This document shows positions 11,820 through 21,368 of a DNA stretch of 64,000 nt, one piece after another. Below the pieces are notes generated by a model, which ran no database searches, was not told where the DNA came from, and was given only the letters and a program-made list of their open reading frames with translations. The position numbers were made by a program, and so were the translations under genes. Origin of the DNA: an uncultured delta proteobacterium (GTDB lineage Bacteria > Bdellovibrionota > FAC87 > UBA2466); contig CAVZSV010000004.1 of NCBI GenBank assembly GCA_963778115.1, positions 2,080,001 to 2,144,000 on the forward strand. The letters are read 5' to 3'. Every line of letters begins with the position of its first letter. Position 1 is the first letter of the stretch.

Positions 11820-13052
11820 ATGGTAATGGCGGAGACTGTGAAGGCAAAAAGAAAAATATCTTCTGGGGGAGTTACAAGAACGACAACGGTTCGCGAAAGC
11901 AAGACGACCAAGGCACCCAAACCGAAAGTGGGTGTTCTACGCTCCGACTGTTTTCGTGTGCTCAACGACGACAACGAAGCCGATCCGAAGTTAGAGCCCA
12001 GGTTAAGTAAGGAACAGCTCTTAAGAATGTACCGCAACATGGCTTTGACTCGCGCTTACGATGAACGGGGAATGATGCTACAGCGCCAAGGGCGAATCGG
12101 ATTTACGGTTCCCTCCTTCGGACAAGAGGCGATCCAAACCGGAACGGTAGCCGCGATTGAGGACGAGGATTTTATCTTTCCCAGTTACCGGGAACCCGGT
12201 GTTTTCATCTATCGAGGGGCCAGTCTCTATCAGATGGTCAGTAACCTGTACGGAAACTCAGGCGATGTTTGCAAAGGCAGACAGATGCCGGTTCACTACA
12301 GTTTTGCCGATCTGAAACTCTTTAGCGTTTCGAGCCCCATTGCGACTCAAGTCATTCAAGCCGTGGGGGCCGCGATGGCCTATAAGATCCGCAAGGAGAA
12401 AAATCTCACCATCACCTACTTTGGAGATGGGGGAACTTCAGAAAACGATTTTCACACCGGAATGACCTTTGCCGGAGCTTTTAAGGCTCCGACCATTTTT
12501 ATCTGTACGAACAATCAGTACGCCATCTCGGTACCCGTATTTAAACAGATGGGAAATCCTAAGATCGTCGATAAAGCGGCGGGCTATGGAATGCCGGGAA
12601 TTGCCGTCGATGGCAATGATGTTCTCGCCGTTTATGCGGCGACCAAAGCGGCCGCCGATCGGGCAAGACGGGGTGAAGGCCCTTCGTTTCTTGAATGCCT
12701 GACATTGCGAATGGGGCCTCACTCTTCTTCCGATGACCCGACACGGTATCGCGATGAGAAATTATTTGAGGCATGGCAAAAACGGGATCCCATTAAACGA
12801 TTTTGCGAATATCTGACGCGAAAAAAGTTATGGAACGCGGATTTGGAAAAGAAGCTGCAAGAAGAGATCAAAAGTGAACTCGCCACAGCGGTTGAAAAGG
12901 CGGAGGGCGATCCGCAGCCGTCGTTGGAAGAATTTTTCGACGACGTATACGCGAAGCTGACGCCACAGTTGGAACGTCAGAAAAGAGAGCTTCTGCACGA
13001 GCGGGAGCTACGGGGCAAATTCGAAAACACCAGTGAAGCGTTTCCGCTCTAA
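11820..13052 (+). CDS. 2-oxoacid dehydrogenase E1 alpha (branched-chain/pyruvate heterotetrameric type)
   Basis: LQRQGRIGF, GRQMPVHY, TPP motif GDGGTSE...NNQY, and HSSSDDP (BCKDH-like). Confidence 0.93.
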   Translation: MVMAETVKAKRKISSGGVTRTTTVRESKTTKAPKPKVGVLRSDCFRVLNDDNEADPKLEPRLSKEQLLRMYRNMALTRAYDERGMMLQRQGRIGFTVPSFGQEAIQTGTVAAIEDEDFIFPSYREPGVFIYRGASLYQMVSNLYGNSGDVCKGRQMPVHYSFADLKLFSVSSPIATQVIQAVGAAMAYKIRKEKNLTITYFGDGGTSENDFHTGMTFAGAFKAPTIFICTNNQYAISVPVFKQMGNPKIVDKAAGYGMPGIAVDGNDVLAVYAATKAAADRARRGEGPSFLECLTLRMGPHSSSDDPTRYRDEKLFEAWQKRDPIKRFCEYLTRKKLWNADLEKKLQEEIKSELATAVEKAEGDPQPSLEEFFDDVYAKLTPQLERQKRELLHERELRGKFENTSEAFPL

Positions 13053-13063
13053 GGATTTAAACC

Positions 13064-14038
13064 ATGGCTAATTTGACCTTATTACAAGCGGTCCGGGATG
13101 CTCTGTTAAGCGAAATGGCGATTGATCCTAGAATTGTACTCATGGGAGAAGACGTCGGCCTTAACGGAGGGGTCTTTCGGGCCACCGAAGGACTGCAGAA
13201 GGAATTTGGGGAAGAGCGGGTGATGGACACCCCTTTGAATGAGAGCGGCATCATAGGGATGGCGGTTGGAATGGCTTTGAATGGCTTGCGGCCGGTTCCC
13301 GAAATACAATTCATGGATTTTATCTATCCCGCCTTCGATCAGATCGTGAGCGAAGTGGCAAAGATTCGCTATCGCACGGGAGGAACTTTCACCTGTCCGA
13401 TGGTAATTCGTACTCCCTATGGCGGAGGGATCAAAGGGGGCCATTACCACTCGCAAAGTTCGGAGGCCTATTTCATCCATACGCCTGGACTCAAGGTTGT
13501 CGTGCCCTCTAACCCCTATGATACGAAGGGGCTGTTGATAAGCGCCATGCGCGACGAAGACCCTGTCATGTTTCTCGAGCCCAAGCGGCTATATCGATCC
13601 TTGAAAGGTGAAGTTCCAGAGGATAGTTATACCGTCGATATCGGAAAGGCCCAGGTCGTAAAGCCCGGTAAGGATGTCACGGTCCTAGCCTGGGGGGCGA
13701 TGGTTCCTATCTGTATGAAGGCCGCGGAGCTGTGTCTGCCCCGAGGTGCCGACTGCGAAGTGATCGACGTCCGTAGCCTAGTGCCGCTTGATGAGGAGAC
13801 TATCCTGGAATCGGTAAAAAAGACGGGACGGGTAGTGATAGTGCATGAAGCCCCCAAGACGTGCGGTTTTGGGGCCGAGCTTTCAGCCCTCATCGCGGAA
13901 GAGGCTATCCTTTATTTGGAAGCCCCGATTCTTCGGGTGGCAGGATTTGATACCCCGTTTCCCTATACCTTGGAGCACATCTACATGCCGGACGCGGAAC
14001 GGGTTGCTCTTGCCGTAGGCAAGGTGAAAAATTTCTGA
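13064..14038 (+). CDS. 2-oxoacid dehydrogenase E1 beta
   Basis: GEDVG..GGVFRAT, DTPLNESG, EIQFMDF, HSQS. Confidence 0.93.
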   Translation: MANLTLLQAVRDALLSEMAIDPRIVLMGEDVGLNGGVFRATEGLQKEFGEERVMDTPLNESGIIGMAVGMALNGLRPVPEIQFMDFIYPAFDQIVSEVAKIRYRTGGTFTCPMVIRTPYGGGIKGGHYHSQSSEAYFIHTPGLKVVVPSNPYDTKGLLISAMRDEDPVMFLEPKRLYRSLKGEVPEDSYTVDIGKAQVVKPGKDVTVLAWGAMVPICMKAAELCLPRGADCEVIDVRSLVPLDEETILESVKKTGRVVIVHEAPKTCGFGAELSALIAEEAILYLEAPILRVAGFDTPFPYTLEHIYMPDAERVALAVGKVKNF

Positions 14039-14253
14039 TGGTGATACTATGCCGAGCGAAAAGTTCGAGGCCGAGGACGCACAAAGCAGGAACCGGAGGC
14101 GACCGTTTAAGGTCGTTGATTTTCCCACATTCGCTTGCGAATGTGGGTACCCGGTTAATATTTTTAGGGGCCCCCCATTGGCATAGCCAATTGGGGCTAG
14201 GCTGCGGAGGATGCGGGCATCGGGCTTTGCAGCCGGCAGGGAGGTAGGTAGTT

Positions 14254-15576
14254 ATGGAGTTCAAGTTACCTGACATAGGCGAAGGAGTTCATGAAGGCGA
14301 AATTACCAAGTGGTTGGTAAATGCCGGAGATCCGATTAAGGCCGATCAGCCCATGGTCGAAGTGATGACTGACAAGGCCACGGTAGAGATTCCCTCTCCC
14401 GTAACCGGTGTAGTTTCGGAGTTACTCGCCAAAGAGGGCGAGACTATCGAAGTCGGTAAGGTAATACTTAAGATTAATGAGAACGGAAAAGGCGGCGCGA
14501 AAGCGGAAACGGCTGCGGCATCGGCACCAGCTCCTGGCCCCGTCTCGGCTAAGCCAGAATCGACACCCGTGCCCGCACCTAGTCCCAAAAAAGCGGAACC
14601 TATTGGCGCAACCAAGGCTCCTGCTTCCCCCGAATGGGAATCCGAGGCACTTCCTTTTGACATTTTAGCGACTCCAGCAACCCGAAAGCTCGCGCGGGAT
14701 CTCAACGTAGATCTCAGAGGGGTTAGGGGAACAGGAACCGTCGGGCGGATCACGAAGATGGATGTTCAGATGGCTTATGAGGGGCACCAAGCGGCTGAAC
14801 CTCGAACGTCCCATCCGGCTCCGTCGACCGCACTCTCTACACCGTCACCGGCTTCCAAAACTCCAGTCGTGCAACGAGGGGCCCTGCAGCGCATTCCTTT
14901 AAGAGGCATTCGCAAGAAAATTTCCGAAGCCATGGCCCACTCTAAGCACACGGCGGCTCACTTCACTTATGTCGAAGAGGCCGATCTAACGGAAGTGGTA
15001 AAGATGCGGCTCGAGGCTAAGGAGGAAGCGGCGAAACGAAACATTAAGCTCACCTTCCTTCCCTTTATTATCAAAGCCCTCATTCCGGCGCTTAAGGAAT
15101 TTCCGTATCTAAATTCTTCGTTAGACGATGAAACTCAAGAGATCATCGTCAAAGGAGATTACAACATAGGGATAGCGACCGATACGCCTAATGGACTTAT
15201 GGTTCCCGTCATTAAAAATGCGGATTCCAAGAGTATTTGGGAACTTGCCTCTGAGATTCACGAGCTTTCCGAGAGGACCAAGAACGGAAAGGCCACTATC
15301 GACGAGCTGCGCGGAGGCACCTTTACCGTTACTAACGCGGGCTCCATTGGGGGAGTTTTTACGACTCCGGTCATTAATCACCCCGAAGTGGCTATTTTGG
15401 GAGTCAATGCCATTCGTAAACGACCCGTCGTCAAAAACGACGAGATTGTGATTGCCGATGTAATGTTCCTTTCCATGTCCGTTGACCATCGAGTGGTCGA
15501 CGGAGCGGATGCCGCTCGCTTCATGAATCGGTTGGTCTATTTTCTTTCGGAACCGACACGGTTAGTGTTCGCGTAA
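14254..15576 (+). CDS. Dihydrolipoamide acyltransferase E2
   Basis: Lipoyl domain (EVMTDKA), E3-binding domain (ATPATRKLAR..GRITK), catalytic DHRVVDGA. Confidence 0.95.
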   Translation: MEFKLPDIGEGVHEGEITKWLVNAGDPIKADQPMVEVMTDKATVEIPSPVTGVVSELLAKEGETIEVGKVILKINENGKGGAKAETAAASAPAPGPVSAKPESTPVPAPSPKKAEPIGATKAPASPEWESEALPFDILATPATRKLARDLNVDLRGVRGTGTVGRITKMDVQMAYEGHQAAEPRTSHPAPSTALSTPSPASKTPVVQRGALQRIPLRGIRKKISEAMAHSKHTAAHFTYVEEADLTEVVKMRLEAKEEAAKRNIKLTFLPFIIKALIPALKEFPYLNSSLDDETQEIIVKGDYNIGIATDTPNGLMVPVIKNADSKSIWELASEIHELSERTKNGKATIDELRGGTFTVTNAGSIGGVFTTPVINHPEVAILGVNAIRKRPVVKNDEIVIADVMFLSMSVDHRVVDGADAARFMNRLVYFLSEPTRLVFA

Positions 15577-15595
15577 TAGATAGGTAGGAATTAGC

Positions 15596-17026
15596 ATGAG
15601 TACAAAAAATTTCGATGCGGTGGTGATAGGCGCTGGACCTGGAGGTTACGTCTGTGCCATTCGATTGGCTCAACTAGGGAAGAAGACCGCGGTCATTGAA
15701 AAAGAAAATGTCGGAGGAGTTTGCCTGAATGTCGGCTGCATCCCGTCCAAAGCCCTGATCCACGCCTCAAAGACATTTTTTAATATCGAGCACGAGGCTC
15801 CCGAAATGGGGATTTCGGCGGGTACTCCTAAATGCGATGTCAGTAAGTTGCAGGCTTGGAAAAATGGAGTCGTTAAGCAATTGACCGGCGGAGTGGCTAC
15901 CGTCTTGAAAGCGAATGGAGTCGAGACGATCAAGGGTACTGCGGTTTTCAAAGATGCTAAGACGATCGAAGTAACGACCGCTACCGGAAAAGATACGGTT
16001 ACCGCATCCTCCTTTGTCATTGCGACCGGCTCACGAGTGGTACAGATTCCTATCCTACCGTTTAATGGAAAAAACATTCTCGACTCGACACAAGCGCTAG
16101 ATTTGTCTGCGGTTCCCAAAAAGATGATTGTCGTGGGCGGAGGATTCATTGGGCTCGAGATTGGAACGGCCTACGCGAAATTCGGAAGTGCGGTGACTGT
16201 GGTAGAAGCGCTGGATCAAATGCTTCCGACGGTCGAAAAGGAATTGGTAAACGTCGTTGAGAAGCGGCTTAAGACTTTGGGAGTTACGGTCTTGGTAAAC
16301 ACTAAGGCTTTAGGTCTTAAAGAAAAAGATCCCGCTAAAGCGAGTCTTTTGCACCTCGATGTCGATACCCAAGGGAAAACACAAACCCTCGAAGCGGATT
16401 GTATTTTGGTCTCCGTCGGACGACGACCCAACTCGGATAATCTCGGGTTGGAAAAAGCAGGCGTTAAGATAGACGCTAAAGGGAATATCCCTACTGATCA
16501 GCAGGGGCTTACGAATATCAAAGGCATTTATGCTATTGGGGATGTCACGGGCCCACCACAGCTTGCGCACCGAGCGATGATGGATGGTACGTTGGTTGCA
16601 GCGTCGATTGCGGGAGAGAAGTCGTTCAAAGACTACAAAACGGTTCCCTGGGCGGTATTTTGTGATCCGGAGATTGGAACCGCGGGCCTTACTGAGAAAG
16701 AGGCGCAGGATCGGGGAATCAAATACCAGGTCGGTAAATTTCCCTTTGCCGCCAACGGACGGGCGATTAGCACCAATGATACGGCGGGCTTTGTGAAAGT
16801 ATTAATCGCGGAAAAAGACGAAACGGTAATCGGAGTTCACATCGTGGGCCCCGAAGCCTCGAATTTGATCGCGGAAGCGGCGTTAGCGATAGAGATGGGA
16901 GCATGTGCGGAGGATATTGTGCGCACGATTCATACCCATCCCACACTGACGGAAACGTTCCCGGAAGCAATTGAGCAGGCGTTTTCGAAGGCGATTCATA
17001 TCTATAAACCGGTACGAAAGAGTTAA
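15596..17026 (+). CDS. lpdA: Dihydrolipoyl dehydrogenase E3
   Basis: GAGPGG, GGVCLNVGCIPSK, HTHPTLTE. Confidence 0.98.
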   Translation: MSTKNFDAVVIGAGPGGYVCAIRLAQLGKKTAVIEKENVGGVCLNVGCIPSKALIHASKTFFNIEHEAPEMGISAGTPKCDVSKLQAWKNGVVKQLTGGVATVLKANGVETIKGTAVFKDAKTIEVTTATGKDTVTASSFVIATGSRVVQIPILPFNGKNILDSTQALDLSAVPKKMIVVGGGFIGLEIGTAYAKFGSAVTVVEALDQMLPTVEKELVNVVEKRLKTLGVTVLVNTKALGLKEKDPAKASLLHLDVDTQGKTQTLEADCILVSVGRRPNSDNLGLEKAGVKIDAKGNIPTDQQGLTNIKGIYAIGDVTGPPQLAHRAMMDGTLVAASIAGEKSFKDYKTVPWAVFCDPEIGTAGLTEKEAQDRGIKYQVGKFPFAANGRAISTNDTAGFVKVLIAEKDETVIGVHIVGPEASNLIAEAALAIEMGACAEDIVRTIHTHPTLTETFPEAIEQAFSKAIHIYKPVRKS

Positions 17027-17028
17027 CC

Positions 17029-17655
17029 ATGCGTGCTCTGGACGACTTTCCTTCCTCTAAATTTGAAACGGTGACCGCCGGATTCGAATTAGTCGACGCG
17101 GGAGTGACTGACTACGTTCCGATGTACGAGACGCAAAAGGATCTTGTCGACAGACGTCGCTCGGGTCGAGCGAATTTCGATCATCTTATCTTTGTCGAGC
17201 ACCCTGAGGTCTATACTTACGGGAGAAAAAGTCAGGCTCCTTTCGCGGAGTTAGCCCCTCACCTTCCCCAATATGCGGTGGAGCGCGGGGGTGAAGTTAC
17301 CTATCATAATGTCGGCCAATTGGTGTGTTATCCTATACTTCTACTCCAAGAGAAGGAGCGCGATCTTCACCTGCACTTGAGGCGGCTAGAATCCACTTTA
17401 ATCGACGTTTTGAAGGATTTTGGTCTTGAGGGGGAGAGGCGCTCCGGAGCTACTGGGGTATGGATCTCCGGGAAGCAAAAGAAAATAGCTTCCATCGGGG
17501 TCGCTGTTTCCGGATGGGTGACCTACCATGGGTCGGCTCTCAATGTGGCCAATGATCTTAAAGGGTTTAGTCGGATCAATCCTTGTGGGTTTTCCAGTGA
17601 AGTGATGACTTCGATGGAAGTCGAAATGGGGGGGGGAGCCTCCGATGATGGTTGA
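17029..17655 (+). CDS. lipB: Lipoyl(octanoyl) transferase LipB; C-terminus apparently frameshifted at a G9 run (intact end would be 17716)
   Basis: EHPEVYTYG, RGGEVTYH, KIASIG, HGSALN, INPCG. Confidence 0.93.
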   Translation: MRALDDFPSSKFETVTAGFELVDAGVTDYVPMYETQKDLVDRRRSGRANFDHLIFVEHPEVYTYGRKSQAPFAELAPHLPQYAVERGGEVTYHNVGQLVCYPILLLQEKERDLHLHLRRLESTLIDVLKDFGLEGERRSGATGVWISGKQKKIASIGVAVSGWVTYHGSALNVANDLKGFSRINPCGFSSEVMTSMEVEMGGGASDDG

Positions 17656-17741
17656 AGTAAAAGAGTCGTTTCTCAGACATTTTTCTCGCCATTTTGGTAG
17701 GTATTTAGTGGTCTAATGATAAGCGGGAGGTTTAAAGGTCC

Positions 17742-18107
17742 ATGGAAAAAAAGCCAGAAAATCCAGCCGTAGGGAAAGCCGTCCGAAAGACCAAATCCCC
17801 TACGGTACTTGCCGTCATCGATCAAAAGGGCTGCACCGGTTGCCATGCCTGCATTCCTTTCTGTCCCGTCGACTGTATTGAAACGGTTCCCGGTCCCGAA
17901 CATCCCGATTTTATGCGCGTAGTGGAAGTGGATCTCGAGCGCTGCATCGGATGCAAGCTGTGCGCTAAGTATTGTCCCTGGGAAACGATCTTCATGGTCC
18001 CCAATGTCGAAGGGGAAGAAAAAGCCAAAGAGTGGACTGTCCGGTCCGTGCTCTACGAAGGTCTTGGAGAGACTGATTTAAAGAAGACCGGAAGCGAAGA
18101 TAAATAA
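17742..18107 (+). CDS. 2x[4Fe-4S] dicluster ferredoxin
   Basis: CTGCHACIPFCP and CIGCKLCAKYCP. Confidence 0.92.
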   Translation: MEKKPENPAVGKAVRKTKSPTVLAVIDQKGCTGCHACIPFCPVDCIETVPGPEHPDFMRVVEVDLERCIGCKLCAKYCPWETIFMVPNVEGEEKAKEWTVRSVLYEGLGETDLKKTGSEDK

Positions 18108-18171
18108 CCGCTGTCATTGCGAGCAGCGCAGCAGCCTATAGATCGTAATAATCACACCCGCCTTTAAGAGG

Positions 18172-19308
18172 CTAAATCCTCGTCAAAAACGCAGGATCCG
18201 AAAAAAGTGTCTCTGTCGTTTTTCTAAGCGCCTCATAGGCCGAGGGTTCTCTGCCGCATGCATAGCAACCCAGAAACTTCCCATTCCCTAGAGATTCGGC
18301 CCCCTCTCCAAGACTTCCCGAAATGACGACCGCACTTTTCTTTAATTTCGAGGCTCTAGAGAGGCATTCTTTGGGAGCTTTGCCGCCGAGAGTTTGTTTG
18401 TCCGTCCTCCCCTCCCCCGTGATCAAAAGGTCTGAGGACTTGAGGTATTTATCGAAGTCCACTTCGTCTAGCAGAAAACCCGCGCCATGAAAAAGTTCAG
18501 CGGAAAGAAAACCGCGGAAAGCAGCTCCCAATCCACCCGCCGAACCGGTCATGGGCTCCTGGGCGATAGAACGTTTCGACGTTCGGTAGACGATTTCAGC
18601 GAACTTATCCATTCCCGCGGCGAGGGATTTCACTTCATCCGGGGTAGCCCCTTTCTGAGGCGCAAATACGACAGCACTTCCTTCAGAACCACATAAGGGG
18701 TTTTTCACGTCGCAAAGGATCACCAAGCGAACTCCGGGTAGCGGAAAATTCTGGGGCGGCTGAATATTCTCTAGTCGGCTAAGGCCCTCTCCGTCTGCGG
18801 ATACCGGTTTGTTATTGCGATCGGTCGGGGTAAATCCAAGCGAGCAAAGCATTCCCAGACCCGCATCTGAAATCGCGGAGTCTCCCAGACCCACGTAAAT
18901 TTCCTTAAGCCCCTTTTGATGCCAGCGTTTGTGGCAGGCCAAGAGAAGTTGTCCTAGCCCGCGGCTAGTTGCTTTCATCACATTACGTTCCGCTGCGGTA
19001 ACTAGTGAATGGCCGCAGACATCAGGCGAATCGATAAAAACTTTCTCAGGATTTAGATTGTCGGGATAACCCAGAACCGACGCTATCGCAGGCGCCCCTA
19101 ACGGACCCGTGGCGGTAAACGACTCCATCTGCCCTTTCCACTTCGATTGCATCGTATCGCGGCTACCGCGACCGCCGTCGCCGACAGGAATTTGATGGTA
19201 GGGGATACCTAGACTAGCGAGAGCTTCCGCTACCGCGGCACAGGCTTCGCGGTTGGAGAGACTGCCCTTGAAGGCATTCATCGCGATAAGAGTGCGGGGG
19301 CGTTTCAT
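18172..19308 (-). CDS. Glycerate kinase (GarK/GlxK family)
   Basis: FKGSL, DGG.G, DVKNPLCG..G...VFAPQKGA, GSAGGLG, ITGEGRTD.QT..GK. Confidence 0.93.
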   Translation of the reverse strand: MKRPRTLIAMNAFKGSLSNREACAAVAEALASLGIPYHQIPVGDGGRGSRDTMQSKWKGQMESFTATGPLGAPAIASVLGYPDNLNPEKVFIDSPDVCGHSLVTAAERNVMKATSRGLGQLLLACHKRWHQKGLKEIYVGLGDSAISDAGLGMLCSLGFTPTDRNNKPVSADGEGLSRLENIQPPQNFPLPGVRLVILCDVKNPLCGSEGSAVVFAPQKGATPDEVKSLAAGMDKFAEIVYRTSKRSIAQEPMTGSAGGLGAAFRGFLSAELFHGAGFLLDEVDFDKYLKSSDLLITGEGRTDKQTLGGKAPKECLSRASKLKKSAVVISGSLGEGAESLGNGKFLGCYACGREPSAYEALRKTTETLFSDPAFLTRI

Positions 19309-19362
19309 AAATCGCCCAATCCTAGTTAGTTTCTGTCGCGAAACAACCAATAGCGACAGAAT

Positions 19363-19599
19363 TCAAATAACGTGATCATTTCCGATCGCTTCTACCGGGC
19401 AAGCAGACATGGCTTCTTCACACTGCTGCTCCTCGGTGGCATTTTCAGGTTGTTTGTAAACGATGTCATGATCGCCAGAGGAAGCCTCTTTGAAGTTATT
19501 GGGCGCCGCTTCCGAGCATACGCTACAAAGGATACATTTCTTGTCGACGTACCATTTGCCGGTGACGTTATCTTCGTAAATTTGCTGTTTGTCGCCCAT
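19363..19599 (-). CDS. Single-cluster ferredoxin
   Basis: WYVDKKCILCSVC...AP...VYKQP...CPVEAIG. Confidence 0.9.
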   Translation of the reverse strand: MGDKQQIYEDNVTGKWYVDKKCILCSVCSEAAPNNFKEASSGDHDIVYKQPENATEEQQCEEAMSACPVEAIGNDHVI

Positions 19600-19723
19600 C
19601 GTCTTGAGTCTGGTTGATTCTGGCTAGTTCTGGCCAAATTTGTTCGATCCTTGAACCGATCACAGTGATTATCACACCTTTTTCGCTAGGGCTATTCTTT
19701 GATACCTAGCGGATTACCAGCAG

Positions 19724-20602
19724 TTAGGCACTGGCGCGAGGCGAAGGTGCGGATTTTGCCAATGATTTCGAGGGCTCTTTTGCCGAAACCTTCTTTCTAG
19801 CTGGTTTCGCTTTTTTGGCCTCCACGAAAGAAAATTGGCTCAGCAGGCCCGCTTTTTGGAGCCTACCCTTTTGACCTTCGATGTAGCGGGACTGATTTTC
19901 GATAAGAAGGGAATACCGGTCATTCTTCTGTGCGACAACTCCGGTCGTTCCTACGCCCGCGAAAGGATCTAAGATCCAATCTCCGCGTTTGCTAAAAAGC
20001 AGAATAAGACGCTCAATGAGAGCTTCGGGTTTCTGACTGGGGTGGCCTGCTACTCTTTCCGATCGGGGAGTGACCGGGAAGTGCCAATTGTTTCTTAATT
20101 GCTTTCCTTCATTTAAGGTCTTGGCCTGGGCATAGTTAAAAGTCCACTGGGTGGCTTTGTCTCGCGTCCCATTACACGCCCAGATAATTTGTTCGGTGCT
20201 TTCGGTCAAAGTTCGACAAGTGATGTTGGGTTGTGCGTTCGGCTTCATCCAGATGATGCTATTGAGTACTCTGCGATCGAGCTGTTGCAACAGCACACCC
20301 AGCGTATAAATGTTATGGTACGACCCAAATACCAATAGATTTCCATTTGGTTTAAGGATTCGGCACATTTCCGACATCCATGCGCGTGAGAACTGGACAT
20401 AATCCTCTTCGGAGAAGCGGTCCCAGTTTTCTTGCATGGTGACATGTCGCGAGAACGCCCAGGAGAGCCCCCGCTTCTTACTCATATTGTACGGCGGATC
20501 GGCGATACAAAGGTCGAAGCTCTTATCTGGTATTTGGGAAAGCACTTCGAACGCATCTCCCAATACACTGGTAGATTTCTTAAGGCGTAGCATTTTTGGC
20601 AC
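19724..20602 (-). CDS. Beta-class N6-adenine/N4-cytosine DNA methyltransferase (DpnA-like), orphan
   Basis: DPPY precedes HPSQKP and LDPFAGVGTTG; GSYHNIY and PNITCR motifs. Confidence 0.92.
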   Translation of the reverse strand: MPKMLRLKKSTSVLGDAFEVLSQIPDKSFDLCIADPPYNMSKKRGLSWAFSRHVTMQENWDRFSEEDYVQFSRAWMSEMCRILKPNGNLLVFGSYHNIYTLGVLLQQLDRRVLNSIIWMKPNAQPNITCRTLTESTEQIIWACNGTRDKATQWTFNYAQAKTLNEGKQLRNNWHFPVTPRSERVAGHPSQKPEALIERLILLFSKRGDWILDPFAGVGTTGVVAQKNDRYSLLIENQSRYIEGQKGRLQKAGLLSQFSFVEAKKAKPARKKVSAKEPSKSLAKSAPSPRASA

Positions 20603-20633
20603 AGTCGAAATCCTATCGTAAAAGGGTTTTGCT

Positions 20634-21329
20634 TTACAGCGAAAGATTTACGCTAAGCTGCGGCGCAAACACAAGACTCACTCCCAAGATACCAAACTTG
20701 GGTTCGAATCCGAAGGCGAGTTCACTGGTCGCTTGATACAGAATCCCAGGTCTTAACAACGCTTCGAGATATAGCGTGCTGGGATTGCCCGCCGGAGTCT
20801 TAGCGACATAGACGTAAGGACCTGCCGAGAGTCCGATGAAAGGTTGGATCTCTTTGATAATAACGCTAGGGAACTGGTAGACAACGGAAGCAAGCATCTG
20901 TAACCCGACGGCGGAAAGGTTTGCTCCGGGAATGCTATCGAAGGTCCAGGAATTGATCCCGAAATCGATGCCAACCCATATGGAGTCATAATTAGCAAGT
21001 CGGGTCATTGCGGTCATATTCATGGCGTAACCGACCGAGCCGCTATTGGTGGTACTTGCTAAATCTCCTCCATAGACCACCATTCCAGGGCCAGCTGAAA
21101 ATCTCCAGTCTTTTATCTCACCAGATCGGTGAAGTGTTAGGGTCTCGGAATTACTTTCGGAAGAGGTCATTCCAACAGCCGGTCGGGCCAGGGGCGGCTC
21201 AGAGAGGGGTCTTACAATTAAAGCTGGAGGAGTGTCGGTTGTCGTTGTGTTGGAATTCGAAGTTCCCGCGGCCAATGCCGTGAGCGAACTCAGAGCTAGA
21301 ATTAAATTGACCCATAAAAGACGTCTCAT
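20634..21329 (-). CDS. Putative outer-membrane beta-barrel protein
   Basis: Signal peptide followed by amphipathic beta-strands with alternating hydrophobic residues to the C-terminus. Confidence 0.6.
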   Translation of the reverse strand: MRRLLWVNLILALSSLTALAAGTSNSNTTTTDTPPALIVRPLSEPPLARPAVGMTSSESNSETLTLHRSGEIKDWRFSAGPGMVVYGGDLASTTNSGSVGYAMNMTAMTRLANYDSIWVGIDFGINSWTFDSIPGANLSAVGLQMLASVVYQFPSVIIKEIQPFIGLSAGPYVYVAKTPAGNPSTLYLEALLRPGILYQATSELAFGFEPKFGILGVSLVFAPQLSVNLSL

Positions 21330-21368
21330 GATGATTTCCCCTTCTCAATGCGGTCTTCTAATTAAAAA

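Noticed and set aside
14217..14232. Sigma54-like GGCATC...TTGCA before E2
   Set aside because: GG-to-GC spacing is 11 nt rather than the required 10.
14038..14247. 69-aa ORF between E1 beta and E2
   Set aside because: No protein-like features; the region is better explained by hairpins.
19724..20602. Calling the methyltransferase CcrM or part of a restriction-modification system
   Set aside because: It lacks the CcrM C-terminal domain, its motifs are closer to DpnA, and there is no adjacent endonuclease.
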